NCBI GenBank assembly: GCA_048320885.1
Contig: JBLWFJ010000001.1
Span: 1,285,642 to 1,349,641 of the forward strand
Direction: 5' to 3'
Length of the DNA stretch: 64,000 nucleotides
From: Nannocystaceae bacterium ST9
GTDB lineage: Bacteria; Myxococcota_A; Polyangia; Nannocystales; Nannocystaceae
A program made the translations under genes and the position numbers. This document shows positions 8,930 to 17,808 of the stretch, piece by piece. Position 1 is the stretch's first letter, and each line of letters begins with the position of its first letter. A model generated the notes under the pieces. The model ran no database searches. It was not told where the DNA came from and was given only the letters and a program-made list of their open reading frames with translations.

Positions 8930-11041
8930 ATGACGGCGCATAGAGATTTCGTCGAACCAATGCATCCCTGCCGACGGGTGGCCCGTCTCGGGATCCTTCT
9001 CGTCACCACGAAAGCGAACAGAAATACCGTGTCCAACCGCAACCGCAACGTCGTCGTTCTCCACACCTCCCGCGCCTTGGTGCCCTTGTGCGTACTCGGC
9101 CTGTTTGGCTGCACCTTCACCACGCCGAGCTCGAGCGGCACCGACATTGGGACCGAAGACGGAGATTCGACCTCCGACGACACCTCCGACGAACACGACC
9201 CCGACGAGCACCACACCCCGGACCACGGCGAGGACGAGACCGAGACGACCGAGACCGGCGAGGGCGAGACCGGGACCAGCGAGACCGGCGAGCCCGAGGG
9301 CGAATGCGGCGACGGCCAGGTCGACGCGGGCGAAGATTGTGACGATGGCAATTCGATCAATGCCGATTCCTGCACCAACGTCTGCGAATCCTCGGCCTGC
9401 GGCGACGGCCACGTGCAGCCGGGCGAGCAGTGCGACTCGGGTGCCGACAACGGCCCCGGCCAAGCTTGCACCGACGCCTGTCTGGTCAACGTGTGTGGCG
9501 ACGCCGATGCCGGGCCCGGTGAGGCCTGCGACGACGGCAACCCGGTCGACGACGACGGCTGCACCAACCTGTGCGCGCTGCCGACCTGCGGCGACGGTCT
9601 CCTGCAGGCGGGCGAAGATTGTGACGACGGCAACCCGGTCGACGACGACGATTGCCTGAGTACCTGCGTGACCCCGAGCTGCGGCGACGGCATCTTGTAC
9701 TACGCCCAAGAGGCGTGTGACCAAGGCGCCCTGAACTCCGACCAGGCCGAGTGCACGGCCGCCTGCCTCTACAACGTGTGCGGCGATGGCCTGCCCTGGA
9801 GCGACGTCGAGGCCTGTGACCTCGGGGTCGAGAACGGCCCCGACGCGGCCTGCCTCGAGGGCTGCACGCTGGCCGCTTGCGGCGACGGCTTCGTCGGGCC
9901 CGAGGAGGCCTGCGACGACGGCAACCTCGACGAGAGCGACGGATGCAGCGCGCTGTGCCAGCTCGAGAGCTGTGGCGACGGCATCGTGCAGTCGGGCGAG
10001 CAGTGCGACGACGCCGACCTCGACGAGACCGACGAGTGCACGACGCACTGCGCGATCCCGATCTGTGGCGACGGCCTGCTCCTGCCCGAGGTCGAGGAGT
10101 GCGACGAAGGCCTGTTCAACGCCAACGAGGGCGGGTGCACGCTCGGCTGCACGCTCGCGAAGTGCGGCGACGGCCTGGTCGAGCTCGACGTCGAGCAATG
10201 CGACCTCGGGCCGGCCAACGCCGACGATGGCGTGTGCAAGACGGATTGCAGCGATCAGGCCTGTGGCGACGGCCTGGTCGGCCCCGGCGAGAGCTGCGAC
10301 GACGGCAACAAGATCAACGACGACGACTGCACCAACGCCTGCGCGCCGGCGAGCTGCGGCGACGACATCCTGCAAGCCGGCGAGGCCTGCGACGACGGCA
10401 ACGCGATCGACGACGACGCCTGCACCAACGCCTGCACCGCGGCGGCCTGCGGCGACGGCATCCTGCAGGCCGGCGAGGCTTGCGACGAGGGGCTCGCCAA
10501 CGCCGACGACGCCCAGTGCACGGCCAGCTGCGTGCTCGCGACTTGCGGCGACGGCCTGGTCTGGGCGGTCGGCGACGAGCAGTGCGACGACGGCAACGCG
10601 ATCGAGGACGACGCCTGCACCAACGCCTGCAGCGAGCCGGCGTGTGGCGACGGCGTCCTGCAAGTCGGCGAAGAATGCGACGACGGCGGGTCGATCGACG
10701 AGGCCTGCTCCGACACCTGCAGCCTGCCGGCCAGCGAGTGCGCCGGGATCACGCTCGACCCCGGCAACGGCGTGCTGGGCTGCTGGTACTCGGCGGGCGA
10801 GCTCGACCTGAGCTGCGACCAGGTCTGTGCCCCGCACGGCGGGTTCGATGCCCTGGCCTCGCAGCACCTCGGCAACCCGCTCGGCACGCTGGTCTGGCCG
10901 GACAAGACCGACGGCGGCGTCTGGGAGTCGATCGAGTGCTCGTCGACCGACAACGACACCAACTGGGGCGCGAACGGTCAGGCCCCGGACTCGACCTGGC
11001 ACCATTCGGCCTGCTACGTCCATTGCGCGTGCGTGCAATGA
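8930..11041 (+). CDS. secreted lipoprotein with myxobacterial Cys-rich repeats (TIGR02232/DUF4215 type)
   Basis: Signal plus lipobox-like LCVLGLFGC; acidic S/T/D/E linker; roughly 18 repeats of about 30 aa built on CGDG...QxGExCDDGN...DDxCTxxC; distinct Cys-rich C-terminal domain. The true start may be downstream of the first ATG. Confidence 0.8.
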   Translation: MTAHRDFVEPMHPCRRVARLGILLVTTKANRNTVSNRNRNVVVLHTSRALVPLCVLGLFGCTFTTPSSSGTDIGTEDGDSTSDDTSDEHDPDEHHTPDHGEDETETTETGEGETGTSETGEPEGECGDGQVDAGEDCDDGNSINADSCTNVCESSACGDGHVQPGEQCDSGADNGPGQACTDACLVNVCGDADAGPGEACDDGNPVDDDGCTNLCALPTCGDGLLQAGEDCDDGNPVDDDDCLSTCVTPSCGDGILYYAQEACDQGALNSDQAECTAACLYNVCGDGLPWSDVEACDLGVENGPDAACLEGCTLAACGDGFVGPEEACDDGNLDESDGCSALCQLESCGDGIVQSGEQCDDADLDETDECTTHCAIPICGDGLLLPEVEECDEGLFNANEGGCTLGCTLAKCGDGLVELDVEQCDLGPANADDGVCKTDCSDQACGDGLVGPGESCDDGNKINDDDCTNACAPASCGDDILQAGEACDDGNAIDDDACTNACTAAACGDGILQAGEACDEGLANADDAQCTASCVLATCGDGLVWAVGDEQCDDGNAIEDDACTNACSEPACGDGVLQVGEECDDGGSIDEACSDTCSLPASECAGITLDPGNGVLGCWYSAGELDLSCDQVCAPHGGFDALASQHLGNPLGTLVWPDKTDGGVWESIECSSTDNDTNWGANGQAPDSTWHHSACYVHCACVQ

Positions 11042-11143
11042 GTCGATGAATCCGAGCCGGGCCGCTCCCCCTCGGCCCGGCTCGGATTCACGCTCCGATT
11101 CCGATTCCAGCCACCGATTCTAGACCCCCCGAAAGAAACGACG

Positions 11144-12832
11144 ATGCGAATTCGACCACTCCACGATTGGCGATGTCCACGATTGAGCCTCGAGACCCTC
11201 GCGCTGATCTTCGAATGCAGCCTGACGTTGGGCTGCGTCGTGCTCGGGCCCAAGGGCTCGGGCGACGAACAGGGCGAGAGCAGCGGCGATACCAGCGACG
11301 ACGACGAGGATCCGAGCGAGGACTCGAGCGACCCGACCAGCGGGGGCGATTCCACCGACCCCGACGGCACCGACGGCACCGACGGCAGCGACGGCACCGA
11401 CGGCACCGGCACCGACGGCGAGCCCGATGCCCCGGTCTGTGGTGATGGCCGGGTCGACCCCGGCGAGGGCTGCGACGACGGCAACCTCGTCGACGACGAC
11501 GCGTGTTCGAACGCGTGCGCCCCGGCGACCTGTGGCGACGCCATCTTGCAAGTCGGCGAGCAATGCGACGACGGCAACCTCGTCGACGAAGACGGCTGCC
11601 TGAACGACTGCGCCGCGGCGACCTGTGGCGACGCCGTCGTGTGGGCGAACGTCGAGGTCTGCGACTTCGGGCCGGCCAACTCCGACGAGGGCGGCTGCAC
11701 GCTGGCGTGCGCGCTGCCGATCTGTGGCGACGGCTTCGTGCAGGACGGCGAGCAGTGCGACGCCGGGCCCGACAACGGCAGCGAGGGCTACTGTCTGCCC
11801 GGCTGCGTCGAGAACGAATGTGGCGACGGCCACGAGGCCCCCGACGAGCCCTGCGACGACGGCAATGGCATCCCCGGCGACGGCTGCTTCGGCTGTCGGC
11901 TCGAGCGCTGCGGCGACGGGATCATCGAGGCCGGCGAGGCCTGCGACGACGGCAACCTCGACGAGGACGACGGCTGCACCAGCGTGTGCTTGCTGCCGAC
12001 CTGCGGCGACGGGTTCGTCCAGCAGGGCGAGCAATGCGACGCCGGCGAGAACAACGGCGACGACGAAGCCTGCACCCGCCACTGTCAGATCGCGACCTGC
12101 GGCGACGGCCTGATCTGGGCGGAGTTCGAGACCTGCGATCAGGGCCCCTTCAACGCCGACGACGGCGCCTGCACCTCGGCCTGCAAGGCCGGCATCTGCG
12201 GTGACGCGCTGGTCGGGCCCGGCGAGCTGTGTGACGACGGCAACGCGATCGACGACGACGGCTGCACCAGCACCTGCACGGTCGCGAGCTGTGGCGACGG
12301 GGTCGAACAGGCGCCCGAGGCCTGCGACGACGGCAACGGCGTCGGCGAGGACGCGTGCAGCAACGCGTGCACGCTGGCGACCTGCGGCGACGGGCTGCAG
12401 CAAGCCGAAGAGAGCTGCGATCTCGGCTCGCTCAACGGCATGTCGGCCTGGTGCACCCCGCTCTGCCACGCGCAGGTCTGCGGCGACGGCATCTACTTCC
12501 CGCTCGGCGGCGAGGAGTGCGACGACGGCAACGCGATCGAGAGCGACGGCTGCAACGGCGAGTGCGACGAGGCCGAGTGCGGCAACGGGCACCTCGAGCT
12601 GCCCGAGCAGTGCGACGACGGCAACGCGATCGAGGGTGACGGCTGCACCAACGCCTGCCTCGAGCAGATCTGCGGCGACGGAGTCGTGCAGGCCGGCGAG
12701 GCCTGCGAAGACGGCAACCTGCTCGGACAGACCTGCGACTCGATCAGTCAGGGCGAGCTGCCCTTCGGCGAGCTCGGCTGCGACGCCAGCTGCAAGCCGA
12801 CGACCGATGCCTGCAGCGCGGAGGGAGGCTGA
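11144..12832 (+). CDS. secreted lipoprotein with myxobacterial Cys-rich repeats (second paralogue)
   Basis: Lipobox LTLGC; acidic low-complexity linker (GSGDEQGESSGDTSDDDEDPSEDSSD...); 14 or more CGDG repeats; first gene of a tightly coupled operon. Confidence 0.8.
   Translation: MRIRPLHDWRCPRLSLETLALIFECSLTLGCVVLGPKGSGDEQGESSGDTSDDDEDPSEDSSDPTSGGDSTDPDGTDGTDGSDGTDGTGTDGEPDAPVCGDGRVDPGEGCDDGNLVDDDACSNACAPATCGDAILQVGEQCDDGNLVDEDGCLNDCAAATCGDAVVWANVEVCDFGPANSDEGGCTLACALPICGDGFVQDGEQCDAGPDNGSEGYCLPGCVENECGDGHEAPDEPCDDGNGIPGDGCFGCRLERCGDGIIEAGEACDDGNLDEDDGCTSVCLLPTCGDGFVQQGEQCDAGENNGDDEACTRHCQIATCGDGLIWAEFETCDQGPFNADDGACTSACKAGICGDALVGPGELCDDGNAIDDDGCTSTCTVASCGDGVEQAPEACDDGNGVGEDACSNACTLATCGDGLQQAEESCDLGSLNGMSAWCTPLCHAQVCGDGIYFPLGGEECDDGNAIESDGCNGECDEAECGNGHLELPEQCDDGNAIEGDGCTNACLEQICGDGVVQAGEACEDGNLLGQTCDSISQGELPFGELGCDASCKPTTDACSAEGG
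12823..12827 (+). promoter_or_regulatory. GGAGG ribosome-binding site for 12835..13254
   Basis: gagGGAGGctgatcATG; the upstream TGA stop is 2 nt before the ATG. Confidence 0.5.
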
Positions 12833-12834
12833 TC

Positions 12835-13254
12835 ATGAAACGCCGCGCTCGCGTCCTGGTCCACGAGGAGCTGGTCGGCCTGCTCCGACGAGCCAGCGTT
12901 CGCGCCGAGGTCGTCAACCTCGCGCGCGAGACCTGGCCGAGCGAGCCCGAGGCGCTCGAGCAGCTCGACCTGCTGGCCGACTACGCGTGGGTCGCCGCGG
13001 CCGACGAGACCGCGACCCCGTCGGTCGGCGGGCGCGTGCGGATCGAGCTCTTGATGCGGGCGGCCTCGTTGGCCCGCCTGCTCTGCCTGCACCTCGAGTT
13101 GCTCGCCCGCGAGCCGGTCGGCGCGCGGCGGGTGCTCGAGCTGGCCGAGCGGTTGGTCTGGGGCGAGCTCGACGAGTCCGAGAGTCGCCTGCCGGTCAAG
13201 TCGCAGCGCTGGCGCACTCATGTCCGCGCGTGGACCCGCGCGTTCGGATCATGA
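12835..13254 (+). CDS. hypothetical protein, paralogue A of a tandem pair
   Basis: 139 aa; paralogous to 13347..13841 (RVRIELLMRAASLARLL...LELAERLVWGELDESE vs RLRVALLMRAASLSNLL...LALAEAIAWSDLPKSE). Confidence 0.6.
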   Translation: MKRRARVLVHEELVGLLRRASVRAEVVNLARETWPSEPEALEQLDLLADYAWVAAADETATPSVGGRVRIELLMRAASLARLLCLHLELLAREPVGARRVLELAERLVWGELDESESRLPVKSQRWRTHVRAWTRAFGS

Positions 13255-13300
13255 TCGAATCATGATCATGCCAATCGAATCATGATCATGCCAATCGAAT
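13249..13300. repeat. 20 bp tandem repeat (catgatcatgccaatcgaat, about 2.5 copies)
   Basis: Direct tandem repeat in the 92 bp gap between paralogues A and B. Confidence 0.7.
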
Positions 13301-13346
13301 CCACGGATCAAAGTCTTCGACCCGCTCACCGAATGATGGTGCTGAC

Positions 13347-13841
13347 GTGACCCTCAACCACAAGATCGATTTTCCGGCCCTCAAAGTCAACCAGATCGGC
13401 GAGCGAGCGCTCGCGTTGATCTCCAACGAGCTCGTATTTCTGCTCTCGACCGCGAAAGCTCCGGCCGAGCTGCTCGCCCGCGCGAGCGCGAGTTGGAAGC
13501 ACGATTGCGACGTCGCCGGTCGGCTCGCCGAATTGACCGACGAGATCTGGGCCGCGGCCTCGCAGGAGGCCGCACTACCCGCCAACGGGGCGCGCCTGCG
13601 CGTCGCCCTGCTGATGCGCGCGGCTTCGCTGAGCAACCTGCTGCGCATATTCGTCGAACTGCGGGAGGCCGAGGTCGCCAGCGCCGAGCAGGTCCTGGCC
13701 TTGGCCGAGGCGATCGCGTGGAGCGATCTTCCGAAGTCGGAGTTTGCCGAGGCACCCCCGCCGAGCCGCGCCCGTGCGGCCCTGGGCTGGCAGTCTCACG
13801 TGCGCGACCTGGCCGTGCGAATGCGGGTGCTGGCGCGATGA
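13347..13841 (+). CDS. hypothetical protein, paralogue B of a tandem pair
   Basis: 164 aa, GTG start; paralogous to 12835..13254. Confidence 0.6.
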   Translation: MTLNHKIDFPALKVNQIGERALALISNELVFLLSTAKAPAELLARASASWKHDCDVAGRLAELTDEIWAAASQEAALPANGARLRVALLMRAASLSNLLRIFVELREAEVASAEQVLALAEAIAWSDLPKSEFAEAPPPSRARAALGWQSHVRDLAVRMRVLAR

Positions 13842-13966
13842 TGGTCGCGATCCTGATCGCCGCGGCGATCCTCTTGGTCCTGTTGGTGTCGACGTTGGTG
13901 TCGATCGCCATCCTCCACCTGAAGAACGACGAGCGGCGGTCACGCTCGTCACGAAGGAATCGATGA
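13838..13966 (+). CDS. small single-TM protein (42 aa)
   Basis: MMVAILIAAAILLVLLVSTLVSIAILHLKNDERRSRSSRRNR; ATGA overlap with the upstream stop, and its stop overlaps the PilZ ATG (ATGA). Confidence 0.4.
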   Translation: MMVAILIAAAILLVLLVSTLVSIAILHLKNDERRSRSSRRNR

Positions 13967-14463
13967 TGGGTCGAGAACTCCAGACAGCCGCCGAATCGCG
14001 AATCCGCGTCTCTCACCAGATCGAGATCGCATGGAACGAGGTCATGCAGGACGAGAGCATCGTGCTCTCGCTGCACCTGTATCGACGGCTCCGCGCTCGC
14101 GGCTTGCGCGGCGGATCTTCGCCCGGCGACCAGGCCATCCTCGACCGGATCGAGCCGTGGATCCGCTCGCCCAACCCCGTCAACCCGCTCGGATATCGAC
14201 GATTCAAGTGCTCGTTGCCCGGCACCCTCGAGTTCACCGTCCACGGCCTGACGATCAGCCAAGCGATCACGCTGGTCGACATGTCGGCGACCGGCGCCCG
14301 GGTCCACGCGATCGAGGGGCTCGCGCTCGGCGAGCGAATCCACCTGCGAATCCCGCAACGGATCTTCGGTGATTCGCTGCTGAGCTGGCACGCCAACGTC
14401 GTCTGGGCCAAGGACGGGCACGTCGGCATGCACTTCCTCGAGATCGAAGCCGCCACCCGATAG
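13963..14463 (+). CDS. PilZ domain protein (c-di-GMP receptor)
   Basis: RRFK (RxxxR) and LVDMSATGARV (DxSxxG) PilZ motifs; 166 aa. Confidence 0.7.
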   Translation: MMGRELQTAAESRIRVSHQIEIAWNEVMQDESIVLSLHLYRRLRARGLRGGSSPGDQAILDRIEPWIRSPNPVNPLGYRRFKCSLPGTLEFTVHGLTISQAITLVDMSATGARVHAIEGLALGERIHLRIPQRIFGDSLLSWHANVVWAKDGHVGMHFLEIEAATR

Positions 14464-14474
14464 CCGAGCGAATC

Positions 14475-15923
14475 ATGCCACGCCTCAAGAAACCCGCCGG
14501 CGGCGCCCGAATCGCGATCATCGACGACGATCCCGAGCTGCTGCTCAGCACTCGACGCCTGCTCGCCGACGAGGGCCACACCGTGCAGGCCGTCGCGACG
14601 GCGAGCGCCGGGATCGAGCTCGTCCGCGAATTCAAGCCTCAGCTCGTGTTGCTCGACTACTACCTCGGCTCGGGGATCGGCGCCGACGTCGTTCGCAGCA
14701 TTCGACGCTTCGACGACATGGTGCAGGTCCTGCTGGTCACCGGCTACGCCGCCGAGCAGCCCGCCCGCAAGCTGCTCGAAGAGCTCGACATTCAAGGGTA
14801 TCACGACAAGGCCGACGGCCCCGAGCGCCTGCTGGTCTGGGTCGCGGCGTCGCTGAAGCACGCCCGGCTGCTCGAACGCATGAATCGACAGCAGGGGTAC
14901 TTGCGGCGAATCCTCGACGCGACCCCGCGAATCAGCACGCTGCAGGCGGCCACCAGCCTGCTCGACGTGGCCCTGCGCAGCCTGTCCGAGATCCTGCAAG
15001 GCGGCGACGGGCTGATCGCCACCGAGAACAACGGCCTCTTCGTGCTCGACGACGCGACCCGCGGGGTCAGCCTGCACGCGGGGACCGGCCAATTCGCCGG
15101 GGTCGACGAGTTCTCGCGGCTGGCCCCCGAGCTGGTCGCGATCGTGCGCGAGGGCTTCGACCTCGAGCGGCCGACCCTGCACGCGCGCGGCTACGTGCTC
15201 GTGCCCCTGCGGACCCGGACCGGCGCGCGCGGGTGCATGGCCGTCGAGACCCCGAGCTTCCCCGACGAGGCGATCGATCCGGCCGAGATCTTCGGACGAC
15301 AAGTCGTCCAGGCGCTCGAGAACATCGTGCTCTACGAGCGCGCCACCGTCGATCCGCTGACTCGGCTCTTTCATCGATCGTTCGGGATGCAGCGGCTGAC
15401 CGAGACCCTGCGGCTGGCCACCCGACTGGCGACGCCGACCTCGGTGTTGATGATCGACGTCGACCACTTCAAGCGGCTCAACGACACGCACGGGCACGCC
15501 GCCGGCGATCTGGCCTTGCGGATGATCGCTCGGGTGATCGCGGGCGCGTGTCGATCGACCGACATCGTCGCCCGCTTCGGCGGCGAAGAGATGTTCGTGG
15601 TCTTGCCGGCCACGCCGCGGGACGGCGCGATCACCCTCGCCACTCACGTCGCCGAGTGCGTGGCGAACACCCGCATCGAATTCGAAGGCAGCCAGCTCGC
15701 GTGCACCGTGTCGATCGGCGTGAGCACCCAGCCGCCGACCGGGCCCGAGCTGGCCATCGACGCCGACGCGCTCGTCCGGCGTGCCGACCTCGCCATGTAT
15801 CGAGCGAAGACCACCGGGCGAAACCGAGTGTGCGAGGCCGCTCGCGACCCGATCACGACCGACCACGAATTGAACGAGGGAGCGCCGTGCCCTACGCATT
15901 CGACAGTTCGATCCATCCATTGA
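14475..15923 (+). CDS. response regulator REC-GAF-GGDEF diguanylate cyclase
   Basis: REC (IAIIDDDPELL...LLDYYLG); central GAF-like region; GGDEF domain with RFGGEEMFVV and RYGGEEF-type context (HGHAAGD). Confidence 0.85.
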   Translation: MPRLKKPAGGARIAIIDDDPELLLSTRRLLADEGHTVQAVATASAGIELVREFKPQLVLLDYYLGSGIGADVVRSIRRFDDMVQVLLVTGYAAEQPARKLLEELDIQGYHDKADGPERLLVWVAASLKHARLLERMNRQQGYLRRILDATPRISTLQAATSLLDVALRSLSEILQGGDGLIATENNGLFVLDDATRGVSLHAGTGQFAGVDEFSRLAPELVAIVREGFDLERPTLHARGYVLVPLRTRTGARGCMAVETPSFPDEAIDPAEIFGRQVVQALENIVLYERATVDPLTRLFHRSFGMQRLTETLRLATRLATPTSVLMIDVDHFKRLNDTHGHAAGDLALRMIARVIAGACRSTDIVARFGGEEMFVVLPATPRDGAITLATHVAECVANTRIEFEGSQLACTVSIGVSTQPPTGPELAIDADALVRRADLAMYRAKTTGRNRVCEAARDPITTDHELNEGAPCPTHSTVRSIH

Positions 15924-16315
15924 TCCTGCTGGCCCTCAGCGGCCGAGTCACCGGCGAGGAGTGGGCCCAGATGTTTTCGGACATCGACGATGTGCTCGCG
16001 GCCGGGCGGCCCTTCGCCGTCGTCTGCGACGCGACTCAGATCAAGCTCCCCGACGTGCCCGAGCTGCGCCGATGCGCCGAGTTCATGCGCCTGCGACGAG
16101 TGCGATTGGAGCCGCTGCAGCTCGGGATCGCGTGCGTCACCCGCTCGGCGATGATCCGGGGCGCGCTCAAGGGCGTCGCGCGAATGAGCTCGTGCGCGGT
16201 CCCGGTGATGGCGCTCGATTGTCCGCGCGAGGCGCTGGCGTGGGCGGGCGCTCGAATCGAGGGCAAGCGGGCCCGCGACACGCGATTGGGGTCGAGCGCG
16301 ACGAGGATGCCATGA
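15887..16315 (+). CDS. hypothetical STAS-like (anti-sigma-antagonist fold) protein
   Basis: 142 aa, GTG start with GAGGGAG 6 nt upstream; hydrophobic/charge pattern L.L.G....ID.VL..G.PFAVV.D...I resembles STAS; overlaps the GGDEF gene by 37 nt, and its stop overlaps the HK ATG. Confidence 0.45.
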   Translation: MPYAFDSSIHPLILLALSGRVTGEEWAQMFSDIDDVLAAGRPFAVVCDATQIKLPDVPELRRCAEFMRLRRVRLEPLQLGIACVTRSAMIRGALKGVARMSSCAVPVMALDCPREALAWAGARIEGKRARDTRLGSSATRMP

Positions 16316-17676
16316 TCGACGTTCTTCGCGATCGGCTCCCCGCCCTGCTTCGTCCGGTCCCCGACGACGAGCTGCCGCACCTCGCGACTCGAATGACCCG
16401 AGGCGTACGCGCGATGACGGCGACCTCTGCCCTGGTCAGCCCGATGTTCGCCCTGGTCGCCTGGGCGAGCGGCATGACGACGCCGCTCGACGCCCTGGCC
16501 TCGGCGCTCGCGTTCACCTCCGGGTTCGGGTTTCTCTACGTGCTGGCCGGCACCGCGCACGGACGCGCGAGGCCCCAGCCGATGGCCTTCCTCGCCATGC
16601 TGCTCACCGTCGCCGGCACCACGTTCGCCGGCGAATTCGCCAATGGCATGAATTCCATCACCACCTATGTGGTCGCCGTCCCGCTGGTGGCGAGCGCGTT
16701 CTTTCCCTGGCATCCACGCTGGTCGTTCGGACTGGGCGGGATCGCTATCGTCGGCCCCTTGCTGCTGGTCCCCGACGACATCATGGTCCCCGCTCAGGTC
16801 TATCTCAGCCTCGGGTTCACCTATACGCTGCTCGCCGGCACGGCCAACCAGGTGCACCGCCGACTCTGGCTCGAGCTCGAGCACGCGCGCCAGAGCCTGA
16901 TCGCCTTCGATCGAATGTCGGCGCTCGGTCGCATGCTCGCCGGGATCGCGCACGAGCTGAAGACGCCCGCCGCAGCGACCGCGAACAGCCTGGCCCACAT
17001 CAAGGCGCTCGCATGCGAGCTGCGCGACAGCATCGGCCACCCGGAGGTCGACGACGACGATCTGCACGAGATCACCCGCGAGATCGCGGAATCGGCCGAT
17101 CTCGCGGTCCGAGCGACCGAGCGATGCGGTCGATTCCTGCAAGCCATTCGGGCCCAGACGGTCGGGATGAACCACAGCGAAGTCGTCGAATTCGACGTCG
17201 GCGTGCACGTGACGAATTGCGTGGCGCTGCTCGAATACAAGGCGAGGCGGGCCGGGCTGCAGATCGAGCTGGCGATGGATGTCGCGACCATGAAGGGAGA
17301 CCCCGGAAAATTCGAGCAGGTGGTCACCAACCTGCTCGCCAATGGGCTCGAGGCCTGCGCGACCGCCAATCGTGGGACCACGGTGCGGGTGGAGATCCAC
17401 CAGTCCACCGGCGGGATCCTGCTCGCGGTCGAAGACGACGGACCGGGCGTCCCGACCGACTTCTCGGAGCAGATCTTCGAGCCGCTCTTCACCACGCGCA
17501 CGGCGACGGGCGGAACGGGGCTCGGCCTGAGCATCGCCCGCGACATCGTCGAAGGTGTGTTCGGCGGCACGCTGCGACTCGCCGACGCGATTCGCGGGGC
17601 GAGGTTCGAGGTCTGGGTGCCGAGGGAAGGCGCTCGCGTGGCGACCTCGCACGCGTTCACGCCCGGCTCGAGCTGA
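16312..17676 (+). CDS. membrane sensor histidine kinase
   Basis: Multiple TM helices; HisKA H-box (IAHELKTPAAA); HATPase_c (GGTGLGLSIARDIVEG). Confidence 0.8.
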   Translation: MIDVLRDRLPALLRPVPDDELPHLATRMTRGVRAMTATSALVSPMFALVAWASGMTTPLDALASALAFTSGFGFLYVLAGTAHGRARPQPMAFLAMLLTVAGTTFAGEFANGMNSITTYVVAVPLVASAFFPWHPRWSFGLGGIAIVGPLLLVPDDIMVPAQVYLSLGFTYTLLAGTANQVHRRLWLELEHARQSLIAFDRMSALGRMLAGIAHELKTPAAATANSLAHIKALACELRDSIGHPEVDDDDLHEITREIAESADLAVRATERCGRFLQAIRAQTVGMNHSEVVEFDVGVHVTNCVALLEYKARRAGLQIELAMDVATMKGDPGKFEQVVTNLLANGLEACATANRGTTVRVEIHQSTGGILLAVEDDGPGVPTDFSEQIFEPLFTTRTATGGTGLGLSIARDIVEGVFGGTLRLADAIRGARFEVWVPREGARVATSHAFTPGSS

Positions 17677-17808
17677 ACGCGATCGGGCCCGCACGCCGGC
17701 AGGCCGCCGCGGCCCTCGTCGCGGGCGCCTTCGAAGCGGACCTGGCCGAGTTCGCGGGCGGCGAAGCCATCACGGGCGAAGCCATCACGAATGGGCTAAA
17801 CCTTTGTC

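Noticed and set aside
8312-11038. 908 aa minus-strand ORF, and 9877..11049 / 9786..10811 plus-strand alternate frames over the Cys-rich repeat gene
   Set aside because: Mirror or alternate frames of a highly repetitive GC-rich gene; translations are Ala/Arg/Gly low complexity, whereas the chosen frame gives a regular CGDG repeat with signal peptide.
14013-15920. 635 aa minus-strand ORF opposite the REC-GAF-GGDEF gene
   Set aside because: The plus frame carries REC and GGEEM/GGDEF motifs; the antisense translation is low complexity.
16036-17694. 552 aa minus-strand ORF opposite the histidine kinase
   Set aside because: Sense frame has H-box and HATPase motifs; the antisense is Arg/Gly-rich.
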